Of a stretch of 64,000 nt of DNA, positions 27,929 through 38,220 are shown one piece after another. The notes under the pieces are model-generated. The model was not told where the DNA came from. It saw only the letters and a list, made by a program, of their open reading frames with translations, and searched no databases. This DNA is from Betaproteobacteria bacterium (GTDB lineage: Bacteria > Pseudomonadota > Gammaproteobacteria > Burkholderiales > SG8-41). Position 1 is the stretch's first letter. Each line of letters starts with the position of its first letter. The translations under genes were made by a program, and so were the position numbers. The stretch spans positions 12,871-76,870 of the forward strand of contig JAKFYK010000013.1 of the NCBI GenBank assembly GCA_021730905.1, given 5' to 3'.

Positions 27929-30100
27929 TCAGGCCGCCTTGTCAAGACGGCTGTGCGCCAGACCGACGATGTGGGCGACATCCAGAATCATCGCCACACG
28001 GCCATCACCCATGATCGTTGCACCGGAAACGCCGGCCACTTTTCGATAGTTGTTCTCGAGGCTCTTGATCACCACCTGGTGCTGTCCGACCAGATCGTCG
28101 ACGAAGAGAGCTGTCTTGCCGCCTTCGGCCTCCAGGATCACCAGAATGCCGTCCTCGAGCCGCTGTTTGTCGCTGCGCATGCCCATCACGTCTGCAAGCC
28201 GCAGTACCGGCACGTACTCGCCGCGCACGGCGATCACCTCGCCGCGCCCCGCGATCGTATTCACGGCGCCTGGCTGTGGCTGCAGCGACTCCGAGATGTA
28301 ACCCAGCGGCATGATGAAAATCTCGCGGCCCATGCGTACCGACATGCCGTCGAGTATCGCCAGTGTCAGCGGCAATTTGATCGAGATGCGCGTGCCTACA
28401 CCCGCAGTGGATTCGATCTCCACCCTGCCACCCATTTCCTGAATGTTCCGGCGCACCACGTCCATGCCGACGCCGCGGCCGGAGACATCGGTAACCTTGT
28501 CGGCCGTGGAAAAGCCAGCTTCGAATATCAGTTGCCAGACCTCCTGATCGTTCATGCTGTCGGACACAGCCATGCCGCGTTCCTTCGCCTTGGCCAGTAT
28601 CTTGTCGCGATGCAGTCCGCGCCCGTCGTCCGCCACATCGATGACGATGGCGCCGCCCTGATGGTAGGCGCGCAGTGTGACCGTGCCCTTGCGGACCTTG
28701 CCTTTGGCCTCACGCTCGTCGGGCAATTCCAGTCCGTGGTCAAGACTGTTGCGTACCAGGTGCGTCAGCGGATCGACGATGCGCTCGATCAACCCTTTGT
28801 CGAGCTCCGTGCCTTCGCCGCTGGTAACCAACTCCACTTCCTTGCCGAGCTTGGCAGCGACATCGCGCACCACGCGTGGGAAACGGCTGAACGCGACGGA
28901 CATCGGCATCATGCGGATCGACATCGCGGCTTCCTGCAGATCCCGCGTATTGCGCTCCAGGGTGGCCAGACCGTTGATCAGCGCTTCGTACAGTACCGGG
29001 TCGGCATGGGATGCTGTCTGCGCGACCATCGCCTGCGTAATCACCAGTTCACCGACCAGATTGATCAGTTGATCCACCTTCTCGACGCTGACGCGTATCG
29101 AGGCTGCGTCGCCGCCGCTGTGCGCCACGGCGGGCTTGGCCGCGCTTTTTAATTCGATCACCTTGCCTTCGGCTTTTTTTACGCCGTCGGATTCCGGCTG
29201 GTTCACCGGAAGCGTTGCGGCATCGACAAACAGGCCGAAAATCTTGTCGTCCTGCGGCGCTGCCGGGGCTGCCGGGGCTTCTTCGTCTGCCGCAATAGTC
29301 GGAGTCTCGCAAGCTGCCGGTTCATTGTTATCTGTGCCCACGACTTTGACCCGTTCCGGGTCGGCCATGAACGCAATGGCATCGGTGAGGTCGGAAGCGC
29401 TTACCTCTGTCGTGATGCGGAAACGCCGCTCGGCCACGAGTTTCTGCTTACCAGCCTTTGCCTTACTGGTCTTCGCCTTGCCAGACTTCGTCTTTCCACT
29501 CCCGCTCTTTACGGCCGGGACAGGATCGAGGATCTCCTCGACACTGCCAAAATCCTTCAGGTCGGCCACTACTCCATCCACCGCTGCTGCTGTGAACGTC
29601 TTATCCAGCGGCCCGAACAGGAGTTCGAGCACGTGTTTTCTGGCGGGTGCCGGAGCAGACATTTGCACCGCGGCTGATGCCGCAGCCGGATCGAGAAACA
29701 CCCTTAGCCGGGCGCACAGCGCGGCCACGTCCGCCTCGGGCACTCCCGGGTTATTGCCTTTCAGAGCAAGTAGCATCGATTTCAAGGTGTCACCAGAAGC
29801 AAGAAATACGTCCACCAATTCTGTCGACAGCGCCATCTGCCCTTTACGCACGCGGTCAAACACCGTTTCCATCTGGTGCGTAAGCTCGGTGATATCCGTG
29901 AAACCGAATGTCGCGGCTCCGCCCTTGATGGAATGTGCCGCACGGAAAATGGCGTTCAACTGCTCTTCATTTGCGGTTGCGACATCGATGCCGAGCAACA
30001 GCGCTTCCATCGCGTCCAGATGTTCGGCGGCCTCGTCGAAGAACAAGCCGTGGAGTTCGGCAAAATCGAAATCGCTATCGGCTGATGATTCGTTGCTCAT
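27929..30100 (-). CDS. cheA: Chemotaxis histidine kinase
   Basis: I chose the ATG at 30100 ([28 protein letters not shown]). It has an Hpt domain ([15 protein letters not shown]), a dimerisation and ATPase region ([49 protein letters not shown]), and a CheW-like P5 domain. Confidence 0.95.
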   Translation of the reverse strand: MSNESSADSDFDFAELHGLFFDEAAEHLDAMEALLLGIDVATANEEQLNAIFRAAHSIKGGAATFGFTDITELTHQMETVFDRVRKGQMALSTELVDVFLASGDTLKSMLLALKGNNPGVPEADVAALCARLRVFLDPAAASAAVQMSAPAPARKHVLELLFGPLDKTFTAAAVDGVVADLKDFGSVEEILDPVPAVKSGSGKTKSGKAKTSKAKAGKQKLVAERRFRITTEVSASDLTDAIAFMADPERVKVVGTDNNEPAACETPTIAADEEAPAAPAAPQDDKIFGLFVDAATLPVNQPESDGVKKAEGKVIELKSAAKPAVAHSGGDAASIRVSVEKVDQLINLVGELVITQAMVAQTASHADPVLYEALINGLATLERNTRDLQEAAMSIRMMPMSVAFSRFPRVVRDVAAKLGKEVELVTSGEGTELDKGLIERIVDPLTHLVRNSLDHGLELPDEREAKGKVRKGTVTLRAYHQGGAIVIDVADDGRGLHRDKILAKAKERGMAVSDSMNDQEVWQLIFEAGFSTADKVTDVSGRGVGMDVVRRNIQEMGGRVEIESTAGVGTRISIKLPLTLAILDGMSVRMGREIFIMPLGYISESLQPQPGAVNTIAGRGEVIAVRGEYVPVLRLADVMGMRSDKQRLEDGILVILEAEGGKTALFVDDLVGQHQVVIKSLENNYRKVAGVSGATIMGDGRVAMILDVAHIVGLAHSRLDKAA

Positions 30101-30143
30101 GGGTATCCGTCTTGGGTTGGAATTGTTCAGACTCGATTGGAAA

Positions 30144-30509
30144 TCAGCCGATGACCTTCTTGACCACATCCACCAGCCCCTGGGGAGCAAAGGGCTTGAC
30201 CAGCCAGCCGGTGGCACCCGCGGCACGGCCTTTGGCCTTCATCTCGCCGCTGGATTCCGTGGTCAGCACCAGGATGGGCACGTTCTTGTATTCCTGCATG
30301 CTCCGCAGCGAGCGGATCAGCGTCAGCCCGTCCATGCGCGGCATGTTCTGGTCCGTAAGCACAAGATTCACCTGTTGATTCCTGGCGCGTTCCAGGCCGT
30401 CCTGGCCGTCGACAGCCTCCACCACGTCGTATCCCGCGCCCTTTAGCGTGAACTGCACCATCTTCCGAATCGAAGCCGAATCGTCCACCGCCAGTATTGT
30501 TTTTGCCAT
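30144..30509 (-). CDS. Second single-domain CheY-like response regulator
   Basis: It carries ILAVDDSASIRKM, LVLTDQNMPRMDG, VLTTES and WLVKPF, so all receiver active-site positions are present. Confidence 0.88.
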   Translation of the reverse strand: MAKTILAVDDSASIRKMVQFTLKGAGYDVVEAVDGQDGLERARNQQVNLVLTDQNMPRMDGLTLIRSLRSMQEYKNVPILVLTTESSGEMKAKGRAAGATGWLVKPFAPQGLVDVVKKVIG

Positions 30510-30530
30510 CCGATGCTCCTCGTCTGTCCG

Positions 30531-31067
30531 CTAAAACAAGTCCACTGATCCGCCTGCCATGCAGGCCTGCTCGACGGGGCCTACGCTACGAGCGCACGCA
30601 GTCGATGCAAGCGCTTGCGTGAGTTCGTCGGCGGATACCCCTGGCAAGCGGGCCAAAGACTCTGTAATCTTTTCAAGCAGCGCGATGCGCTCTATTGCGT
30701 GGCCGACCAGTTGGTTTGCCATATCCTGAAACTGCAACGCGCTAACCGCGGCATCTACTGCCTGATTAATCTCAGCCACCGCCACATCTGTGTTTTTTGG
30801 CATCGCTTCCATGCACGATTCGGAATACGCACCGATCAGGTTGAAACTCGACATCAGCCGCCCGGAGGCGTCGTCGATCAGGTAACGCAGGCGATCCAGG
30901 TCCAAACGTGCACTGCGCGCCTGCAGTTCGTGGATCTCGAGATAGCGCGCAATGAACGCTTCCGTATCCTCTCGGTGCCACTGCGCGTGCCTGAGACCTG
31001 CGTTCACCATGTCGGGCCATCCCGGTTGAGTCATGTTGCTGTCAATGTCCACCGCATTGTTGACCAT
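30531..31067 (-). CDS. Hypothetical protein with a CheZ-like motif (possible divergent CheZ-family phosphatase)
   Basis: This is a 178-aa helical ORF. LQFQDMANQLVGHAIERI resembles the CheZ active-site helix (AQDFHDLTGQVIQRV in the cheZ of this window). RLRYLIDDASGRLM resembles RLDYIATLTGKAAERVL. The C-terminus is ...GGSVDLF. Confidence 0.5.
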   Translation of the reverse strand: MVNNAVDIDSNMTQPGWPDMVNAGLRHAQWHREDTEAFIARYLEIHELQARSARLDLDRLRYLIDDASGRLMSSFNLIGAYSESCMEAMPKNTDVAVAEINQAVDAAVSALQFQDMANQLVGHAIERIALLEKITESLARLPGVSADELTQALASTACARSVGPVEQACMAGGSVDLF

Positions 31068-31129
31068 CGCATGCGCATGGCATCAGTGAATTACCGGCTA
31101 AAAACTGCGTCAGTTCCGCATTCAGTGGA

Positions 31130-31819
31130 CTAGAAGCCGAGGCTTTCAAGCAGGTCATCCACCTGGCTTTGGTCGGTCACCACGTCATCGCGCCCCCGGC
31201 CATCGATCACCGGGCCGGCGAGCGTGGTTTCAAGCACTTCCTTGCGCTGCGCAGGCGGACTGGCATCCAGCAGTAATTTCACCAGCTGCTCCTCCAGCGA
31301 CTGCGCCAATCGCGTGACACGCTGTATCACCTGTCCGGTCAGGTCATGAAAATCCTGCGCCAGCATGATCTCGGTCAGTTCCTCGTCCACCTGCGCAAAC
31401 TGCGCCTGCGCGCGGCTGAAGTGGCTCTGGGTTTCCCGGCCGAGGTCCCACACGGCACGCGGATTGGGGCTTTCGCTGAGCAATGCAGCCCATTTCTCTT
31501 CCAGCGCCCGCGATTCCGCCCGATTCGTGTTTTGAACGGATTTGGCTCGCTCGGCAGCGCCCAAAACGCGTTCCGCAGCCTTGCCGGTCAGAGTGGCGAT
31601 GTAATCTAGACGCGCACGCGCATCCGGCAGCGAGCCCACGGCTTCCTCGACACCCTTGTCGTAGCCGAGCTGACGCAGCGTATCGTGTAGGTTTCTGGTA
31701 AGCATCCCGACACGCACAAAAACGTCGTGTACGGAAAGTTCTTTCTGGCTTTCCAGACCGGTCGCGACGGTATCCGGGGCGCTCCTAGACGCCTCCATCT
31801 GCACAGTGGCGGCATGCAT
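31130..31819 (-). CDS. cheZ: CheY-P phosphatase
   Basis: It carries ARARLDYIATLTGKAAERVL, MLAQDFHDLTGQVIQRV, and the C-terminal CheY-binding peptide QVDDLLESLGF. Confidence 0.93.
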   Translation of the reverse strand: MHAATVQMEASRSAPDTVATGLESQKELSVHDVFVRVGMLTRNLHDTLRQLGYDKGVEEAVGSLPDARARLDYIATLTGKAAERVLGAAERAKSVQNTNRAESRALEEKWAALLSESPNPRAVWDLGRETQSHFSRAQAQFAQVDEELTEIMLAQDFHDLTGQVIQRVTRLAQSLEEQLVKLLLDASPPAQRKEVLETTLAGPVIDGRGRDDVVTDQSQVDDLLESLGF

Positions 31820-31820
31820 G

Positions 31821-32207
31821 TTACGCCGCCTTTTTCAAAATCTTGGCGAGCTTCTCTTCGAGCGTGGCTTTGGTAAAAGGCTTGACAATGTAGCCTGAGG
31901 CTCCGGCCTGCGCTGCCGTAATGATGTCCTCTTTCTTCGCTTCGGCGGTAACCATCAGCACCGGCAGGGATTTCAGCGCGGCATCAGCGCGAATCTGGCG
32001 CAGCAACTCGAAGCCGTTCATGTTCGGCATGTTGACGTCGGAGACCACGAAGTCAAAAGTGTTCGCCCGCAATTTCTTGAGCGCGTCCTGCCCATCCTCG
32101 GCTTCGTCCGCATTCTGGTGCCCGATCTCCTTGAGGATGTTGCGCACGATGCGGCGCATGGTCGCGAAGTCGTCGACAATCAGGAATTTAAGTTCCGCTG
32201 TACTCAT
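31821..32207 (-). CDS. cheY: Chemotaxis response regulator
   Basis: It carries [42 protein letters not shown] and [10 protein letters not shown], which is very similar to enteric CheY. Confidence 0.95.
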   Translation of the reverse strand: MSTAELKFLIVDDFATMRRIVRNILKEIGHQNADEAEDGQDALKKLRANTFDFVVSDVNMPNMNGFELLRQIRADAALKSLPVLMVTAEAKKEDIITAAQAGASGYIVKPFTKATLEEKLAKILKKAA

Positions 32208-32348
32208 GGGGTCCTCTTCTTGTTTTCCATCACCTCGACGCCGCCGACATTCCGGCGAGCATCTGGACCGATCGCCAGAAACACAAACCCGGTGGAACGT
32301 CGGTTACGTCGACATCGTTAATATTCAAGCGCAATCTCGGTAGGGTTG

Positions 32349-32376
32349 ATAACGGCTGATCACGGGGGAAACTTGA
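32349..32376 (-). promoter_or_regulatory. Candidate sigma-28 promoter of the cheY...cheW(-mcp) operon
   Basis: The minus strand reads TCAAGTTT, a 12-nt spacer, then GCCGTTAT. It lies in the fliE-cheY gap, ~140 nt upstream of the cheY ATG. Confidence 0.5.
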
Positions 32377-32423
32377 GGGTAAATGAGGGCTGCCGGAGCG
32401 AATGGGTGGAGAAACCATTCCGG

Positions 32424-32753
32424 CTACACCTGCATATTCATGATTTCATGATAGGCCGACACCAGGCGGTTACGGACCTGCACTGTCTGCTGGAATGAGA
32501 TGTTGGCTTTCTGGATCGACACCATCACTTCCGGCAAATTGGCACCCGGCACCCCAAGTTCAAAATCGGTCGCGAGTTTGGCCGCCTGCTGCTGCCTGGT
32601 ATTCACGTGATCCAGAGAGGCCTTGAGTACCGTGGCGAAATCTGCCGTTTTACCGCCCACAGCGGCCGGCGCGGTCGACTCGCCGGCTATGCCGGCGCGC
32701 GCGGCGGCACTACGCAGCTGCGCTAATACTTGATCGAGTGCCCTGGTTTCCAT
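32424..32753 (-). CDS. fliE: Flagellar hook-basal body protein FliE
   Basis: It carries FATVLKASLDHVNTRQQQA and the C-terminus MVSIQKANISFQQTVQVRNRLVSAYHEIMNMQV. Confidence 0.92.
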   Translation of the reverse strand: METRALDQVLAQLRSAAARAGIAGESTAPAAVGGKTADFATVLKASLDHVNTRQQQAAKLATDFELGVPGANLPEVMVSIQKANISFQQTVQVRNRLVSAYHEIMNMQV

Positions 32754-32988
32754 CGTAGTCTCCTGCGCGAATGTGTTCAGTCCTGGAGCCGTGATGGCTT
32801 AAGGCTGACGCACCGCTTATTCACGTGTCGCAGGATAGCCACTGTGCGGAGCACTGCAGGCTCCAAATAAGCGGAGAAAAATGGCGCTGTCTTGCGCCTC
32901 CTCTGTGGCCTGAATGTCCATAATCGCATCCCTTGCCATACAAACGGCATGAACGCGACCCGTCAATACAACCGAGAGAGGACTTCAG

Positions 32989-34602
32989 GTGGACGCCCCG
33001 GCACAATCCCTCGCCATTCCCGTGCAACGCCCCTTTCAATTACTCAGTCCGCAGCGTGTCGGGTTCATGCTAACCATCGCAACGACAATCGCTGTGCTGG
33101 TTGCCGGCTACCTGTGGAGCCAGACGCCCGACTACCGGGTTCTCTATGGCAACCTGTCGGACCGGGACGGTGGCGCGGTGATCGCCGCGCTGCAGCAGAT
33201 GAACATTCCGTACAGGTTTGTGGAAGGCGGCGCACTGTCGGTACCCGCAGGTCAAGTACACGAGGTCCGCCTGCGCCTTGCGGGACAAGGCCTGCCAAAA
33301 GGCGGGTTAACCGGCTTCGAACTGATGGAAAACCAGAAATTTGGCACCAGCCAGTTCGCTGAACAGCTCAATTACCAGCGCGGACTCGAAGGGGAACTGG
33401 CCCGCTCAATACAAACACTGTCAGCCGTGCAAAGCGCGCGCGTCCATCTTGCGCTGTCGAAGCAGTCCGGTTTCATGCGCGAACAGTCAAAGCCCAGCGC
33501 CTCGGTCATGCTCGGCCTCTACCCGGGACGCGTGCTGGATGCGACCCAGGTCAGCGCGGTGGTGCATCTGGTCAGCAACAGCGTGCCGGATCTGCAGATA
33601 AAAAACGTAAGCATTGTCGACCAGAACGGGAATCTGCTCAGCGCCGAGCGATCGGAAAACGCGTCGCGCCAGACACTCGATGCAACCCAGATCAAATACC
33701 GACATGATCTCGAACAAGGTTATATCAGCCGCATTGAAGCCATCCTCACGCCACTGACCGGCCAACAGAATGTTCGCGCGCAAGTGACTGCCGATCTTGA
33801 TTTCACGCAAAGCGAGCATGCCGAAGAAATCTATAAGCCGAACCAAACTGCCGATGCGGCCGTACGCAGCAAGCAAACCAGCGAATCGAACGTTGGAACG
33901 ACCGCGGCCGGCGGTGTGCCCGGTGCATTGTCCAATCAGCCGCCCGCGCAGCCTACCGCGCCGATAACCGCGCCCGGCGCAATGTCCTCCGTCGCAGGAA
34001 ACTCAGCCGCAACGGGTAACGTGCGCAAGGATGCGACCATCAATTACGAGGTCGACAAGACGATACGGCACACGCGGCAGGAACTCGGCAGAGTCAAGCG
34101 GCTTGCGGTCGCTGTGGTGGTAAACCATCGCTCGCGCACCGATTCCGCCGGCAAAGTCACACAGGTGCCCTTGAGTGATGCCGACATCGCCAAGCTGACC
34201 AATCTGGTCAAGGAGGTCATGGGATACAGCAAGGAACGCGGTGACACGGTAAGCGTCATCAACAGCGCGTTCAATATGCGGGAGCGGGAGAAAATTCCGG
34301 AGATACCGCTGTGGAAGCAACCCGATACCGTTGATATTGCCAAAACCGTGGGTAAAAACCTGCTGATTGCCGCTGTCCTGCTGTTTGTGGTGTTTCGCGT
34401 ACTGCGTCCCCTCCTCAAAACCTATAGTGCGGCCGCCCTGGCGCCGCCGGCGCTAGCGCAGGAGCTGCCCTCGGGACAAACGCAGTTGCCGCAACCTAAC
34501 AGTTACGAGCAACATGTCGACCAGGCGAAGCAGATTGCCCGCGCCGATCCCAAAGCAGTCGCCAACGTAGTAAAAGACTGGGTGGCAGGCAATGGCAAAT
34601 GA
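32989..34602 (+). CDS. fliF: MS-ring protein
   Basis: It carries PDYRVLYGNLSDRDGGAVIAALQQMNIPYRF, LPKGGLTGFELM and ELARSIQTLSAVQSARVHLA. The start used is the GTG from the ORF track and is uncertain. Confidence 0.9.
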   Translation: MDAPAQSLAIPVQRPFQLLSPQRVGFMLTIATTIAVLVAGYLWSQTPDYRVLYGNLSDRDGGAVIAALQQMNIPYRFVEGGALSVPAGQVHEVRLRLAGQGLPKGGLTGFELMENQKFGTSQFAEQLNYQRGLEGELARSIQTLSAVQSARVHLALSKQSGFMREQSKPSASVMLGLYPGRVLDATQVSAVVHLVSNSVPDLQIKNVSIVDQNGNLLSAERSENASRQTLDATQIKYRHDLEQGYISRIEAILTPLTGQQNVRAQVTADLDFTQSEHAEEIYKPNQTADAAVRSKQTSESNVGTTAAGGVPGALSNQPPAQPTAPITAPGAMSSVAGNSAATGNVRKDATINYEVDKTIRHTRQELGRVKRLAVAVVVNHRSRTDSAGKVTQVPLSDADIAKLTNLVKEVMGYSKERGDTVSVINSAFNMREREKIPEIPLWKQPDTVDIAKTVGKNLLIAAVLLFVVFRVLRPLLKTYSAAALAPPALAQELPSGQTQLPQPNSYEQHVDQAKQIARADPKAVANVVKDWVAGNGK

Positions 34603-35587
34603 GGGTCTCACCAAGAGCGCCATACTGTTGATGGCATTGGGTGAAAATGAGGCAGCCGAGGTCTTCAAGTATCTGGGGCCGCGCGAAGTGCAAAAGATCG
34701 GCGCCGCCATGGCGGCCCTGAAATCCGTCACACGGGAGGACATCAAGACCGTGATCGGAGAGTTCTGTGCGCAAGCGCAAGAGCAGACAACGCTCGGGGT
34801 CGCCTCGGACGACTATATTCGCAATGTGCTGAAAAAGGCGCTGGGAGACGACAAGTCCGCAGGGCTCATCGACCGCATCCTGCAGGGCGGCGATACCAGC
34901 GGCATCGAAGGGCTGAAGTGGATGAGTTCAAGCGCCGTGGCGGAGCTCATCAAAAACGAACATCCTCAAATCATCGCAACAATCCTGGTGCATCTGGAAC
35001 GCGACCAGGCTTCCGAAATTCTCGGCCAATTGACCGAGCGCACCCGCAACGACGTATTGCTGCGCATCGCCACGCTGGATGGGATTCAGCCGGCGGCGCT
35101 GCAGGAACTCAACGATGTCCTGACCAAGCTGCTTGCAGGCAGCAAGAACATCAAGAATGCGCCGATGGGAGGCGTACGTGCCGCCGCTGAAATTCTCAAC
35201 TTCATGCCGAGCACTCAGGAGTCGGCGATCATTGACGGCGTCAAGGAATTCGACGCGGAACTGGCGCAAAAAATCGTCGATGAAATGTTTGTTTGGGAAA
35301 ACCTGCTCGATCTCGACGATCGCGGCATACAACTGCTGCTCAAGGAAATACAATCTGAATCACTGATCCTCGCCTTGAAAGGATCGTCCGATGCGCTGCG
35401 CGAGAAGGTCTTCGGCAACATGTCGCAACGCGCGGCTGAAATGCTGCGCGAAGATCTCGAAGCAAAGGGCATGGTACGCGTGTCCGAAGTAGAGGCTCAG
35501 CAAAAGGAAATTCTCAAGATCGTGCGGCGTCTCGCCGAAGAAGGGCAAATTGTAATGGGCGGCGGCGGGGAAGAAAGCTATGTCTAA
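34592..35587 (+). CDS. fliG: Rotor/switch protein FliG
   Basis: It carries KSAILLMALGENEAAEVFKYL, HPQIIATILVHL, and MFVWENLLDLDDRGIQLLLKE. It overlaps fliF by 11 nt. Confidence 0.95.
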   Translation: MANEGLTKSAILLMALGENEAAEVFKYLGPREVQKIGAAMAALKSVTREDIKTVIGEFCAQAQEQTTLGVASDDYIRNVLKKALGDDKSAGLIDRILQGGDTSGIEGLKWMSSSAVAELIKNEHPQIIATILVHLERDQASEILGQLTERTRNDVLLRIATLDGIQPAALQELNDVLTKLLAGSKNIKNAPMGGVRAAAEILNFMPSTQESAIIDGVKEFDAELAQKIVDEMFVWENLLDLDDRGIQLLLKEIQSESLILALKGSSDALREKVFGNMSQRAAEMLREDLEAKGMVRVSEVEAQQKEILKIVRRLAEEGQIVMGGGGEESYV

Positions 35588-36209
35588 CAGCCCGCTAATC
35601 CCTCGAGAAAAACTTTCGGCGTACCAAAGATGGGAACTGCACTCATTCGATCTCTCTGACGATTTCACCCCGTCCGCGCGCATGGCCGACGCCGCGGCTG
35701 AAGTCTCCGCAAAAACCGAGAGCATTCGCCGCAGCGCGTACGACGCCGGCCGCGCCGAGGGCTTGCGCGAAGGCGCGCTGAAGGCTGCAGATGATGCGCG
35801 GCGGCTGCGCGATTTGTTTGGCGCCGTTACGCAGCAGAGCCGGGACATCAACCAGCACCTTGCGGACGATTTGCTGCAGCTCAGCCTGGAGGTAGCACGG
35901 CAAATGGTGCGGCGCTCGCTCACCGTGCATCCGGAAACAATTATTCCGTTGCTAAAGGACGCATTGACCCAATTGTCAAACGCGACCGCGCAATTGACGG
36001 TCACACTGCATCCCAGGGACGCTGTATTGGTACGCACGCACCTCGCCGAGTCGGTCGAGGCCCGGCATTGGCAAATCGTTGAAGACGCCAGCGTGCAGCA
36101 AGGCGGTTGCCTGCTGCAAACCGCCACCAGCCACATCGATGCCACCCTGGGCACACGTTGGCAGCGCCTCGCCACAAAGCTGGGGCTGGCCGACACATGG
36201 CTCGACTGA
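35580..36209 (+). CDS. fliH: Flagellar export ATPase regulator FliH
   Basis: Its position between fliG and fliI fits FliH, and it has a helical, charged N-terminus. It overlaps fliG by 8 nt. Confidence 0.85.
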   Translation: MSNSPLIPREKLSAYQRWELHSFDLSDDFTPSARMADAAAEVSAKTESIRRSAYDAGRAEGLREGALKAADDARRLRDLFGAVTQQSRDINQHLADDLLQLSLEVARQMVRRSLTVHPETIIPLLKDALTQLSNATAQLTVTLHPRDAVLVRTHLAESVEARHWQIVEDASVQQGGCLLQTATSHIDATLGTRWQRLATKLGLADTWLD

Positions 36210-36275
36210 TGCCTGCGTGCGGAGCCGCCCGGTCCATCGAATTGATACCTGCATAATCCAACGAAAAGGCAATCC

Positions 36276-37682
36276 GTGCAAAGCACTGCCATGAACGCGT
36301 CGGCTTTCTTGCGTGAATGTACCGAGTTGGTCGCCAGCGCCGATACCCTCTCCGTCTGTGGCAAGTTGACACGGGTCGCGGGACTGGTGCTTGAAGCCTC
36401 TGGTTTAAGGCTTGCCGTCGGCAGTTGCTGCCAGGTCTTGCTGCCTCATCGTACCAATGTGGAAGCCGAGGTTGTCGGATTTTCTGAAGACCGGCTGTTC
36501 CTCATGCCGGTAAGCGATGTTCACGGACTGATGCCGGGCGCGCTGGTGGCGCCTCTGGAGACAGCGCCGGAGCGCCTCTCATTGGACACGCCGCCGCATC
36601 CGCGCCGCCGAGCGGCGGACCAGGCCAAACGGGTACCTGTCGGCGCCGCCTTGCTGGGACGCGTACTGGACAGCGGAGGAACGCCGCTCGACCAGCTCGG
36701 CCCATTGCACGCAGAGCGCAGCGTGTCTCTGCACAATCGCCCGCTTAACCCGCTGGAACGCGCGCCCATCAACGAGGTACTGGATGTGGGTGTACGCGCC
36801 ATCAACGGACTGCTGACGGTCGGACGGGGACAGCGCATGGGATTATTTGCCGGCAGTGGCATCGGCAAAAGCATGCTGCTCGGAATGATGGCACGCTACA
36901 CCAGCGCAGATGTCATTGTGGTCGGGTTGATTGGCGAACGCGGACGCGAAGTCAAGGAATTCATCGAGAACATTCTCGGCCCGGAAGGATTGTCCCGCTC
37001 CGTGGTTGTTGCTGCGCCGGCCGACACCAGTCCGCTGATGCGCCTGCAAGGCGCGGCTTATGCGACAGCCATCGCGGAACATTTCCGCGACGAAGGCAAG
37101 CACGTTCTGCTCATCATGGATTCACTGACGCGTTTTGCGATGGCACAACGTGAAATTGCGCTCGCCATCGGCGAACCGCCGGTGACCCGCGGCTATCCAC
37201 CCTCGGTCTTCGCAAAACTGCCGCAGTTGGTGGAACGCGCCGGCAACGCAGGGCAAGGCGGCGGCTCCATTACCGCGTTCTACACCGTGCTTGCCGAAGG
37301 CGACGATCAACAGGATCCCATAGCCGATAGCGCGCGTGCAATCCTGGATGGTCATATCGTATTGACGCGCGCGCTCGCCGATCAGGGGCACTACCCCGCT
37401 ATCGACATCGAAGCGTCGATCAGCCGCGCACTCACCAATCTGGTCGATACCCCGCAATTTGAATCGGTTCGACGCTTCAAGGGCCTCTATTCGCGCTACC
37501 AACGCAATCGGGACCTGGTCAGCGTCGGCGCCTATGCCGCCGGCAGCGACCCGTTACTGGATCAGGCGCTCACGCTATATCCTCATATGGAAACGTTCCT
37601 CCAGCAAAATGTGACGGAACGCGCCACCTATGATGAAAGTATCGTCGGCTTGCGCGCATTGCTGCAAACGGTGGCACTGTAA
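36276..37682 (+). CDS. fliI: Flagellum-specific ATPase
   Basis: It has a Walker A motif ([17 protein letters not shown]), a Walker B motif ([17 protein letters not shown]), and [15 protein letters not shown]. The start is either the GTG at 36276 or the ATG at 36291. Confidence 0.95.
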   Translation: MQSTAMNASAFLRECTELVASADTLSVCGKLTRVAGLVLEASGLRLAVGSCCQVLLPHRTNVEAEVVGFSEDRLFLMPVSDVHGLMPGALVAPLETAPERLSLDTPPHPRRRAADQAKRVPVGAALLGRVLDSGGTPLDQLGPLHAERSVSLHNRPLNPLERAPINEVLDVGVRAINGLLTVGRGQRMGLFAGSGIGKSMLLGMMARYTSADVIVVGLIGERGREVKEFIENILGPEGLSRSVVVAAPADTSPLMRLQGAAYATAIAEHFRDEGKHVLLIMDSLTRFAMAQREIALAIGEPPVTRGYPPSVFAKLPQLVERAGNAGQGGGSITAFYTVLAEGDDQQDPIADSARAILDGHIVLTRALADQGHYPAIDIEASISRALTNLVDTPQFESVRRFKGLYSRYQRNRDLVSVGAYAAGSDPLLDQALTLYPHMETFLQQNVTERATYDESIVGLRALLQTVAL

Positions 37683-37717
37683 CGAAATCGCAAAGCAGCT
37701 AGTAACGGAAACAACGC

Positions 37718-38170
37718 ATGGCACAGACCTTCGCACTGCAAAGTTTGCTTGACGTTGCGACGTCGGAAACGGATTCGGCCGCTGCAAGTCTCGGCAAACT
37801 CAACCACCACGTGCAGCTGCAGGAGCAGAAACTGGCGCTGCTGCTTAAGTACCGGACGGACTATCTGGATCGCTTTCGTCGCGCCGTCGAGAACGGCCTT
37901 GACGGTGCGGGGCTGCGAAACTTTAATGAATTCATGGAACGCCTCGAACACGCGGTACACCAACAGCAAGCGGTGGTCGATGAGGCGCGCCAGCATGCAG
38001 ACCGCGGGCGCCACCACTGGCAACTAAAACGACGGAAATCCAACGCATTTGACACGTTATCGCAGCGGTTTACAGCAACCGCGCAGCGACGTGAGGCGAA
38101 TCGGGAGCAGAAAGCGCAGGACGATTTCGCCAGCCGCATTGCGTGTCGAAAACCGGCGATGGGGCAATAG
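37718..38170 (+). CDS. fliJ: Flagellar export chaperone/stalk FliJ
   Basis: This is a 150-aa coiled-coil protein (LQSLLDVATSETDSAAASLGKL...YRTDYLDRF) sitting after fliI. Confidence 0.85.
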   Translation: MAQTFALQSLLDVATSETDSAAASLGKLNHHVQLQEQKLALLLKYRTDYLDRFRRAVENGLDGAGLRNFNEFMERLEHAVHQQQAVVDEARQHADRGRHHWQLKRRKSNAFDTLSQRFTATAQRREANREQKAQDDFASRIACRKPAMGQ

Positions 38171-38220
38171 TGGCCACAGGCAGTGCCGCATCAACAGCGT
38201 TTCAATAGCAAAGGAAAATC

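Noticed and set aside
32882-32895. A sigma-54-like element, TGGCGCTGTCTTGC, upstream of fliF.
   Set aside because: The GG and GC dinucleotides are separated by 9 nt rather than the strictly conserved 10 nt, so it is probably not a functional -24/-12 promoter.
32989-32991. Possible 5' truncation or pseudogenisation of fliF, which has a GTG start and is 537 aa.
   Set aside because: The reading frame is intact through all conserved FliF segments and overlaps fliG normally. Only the exact start codon is uncertain.
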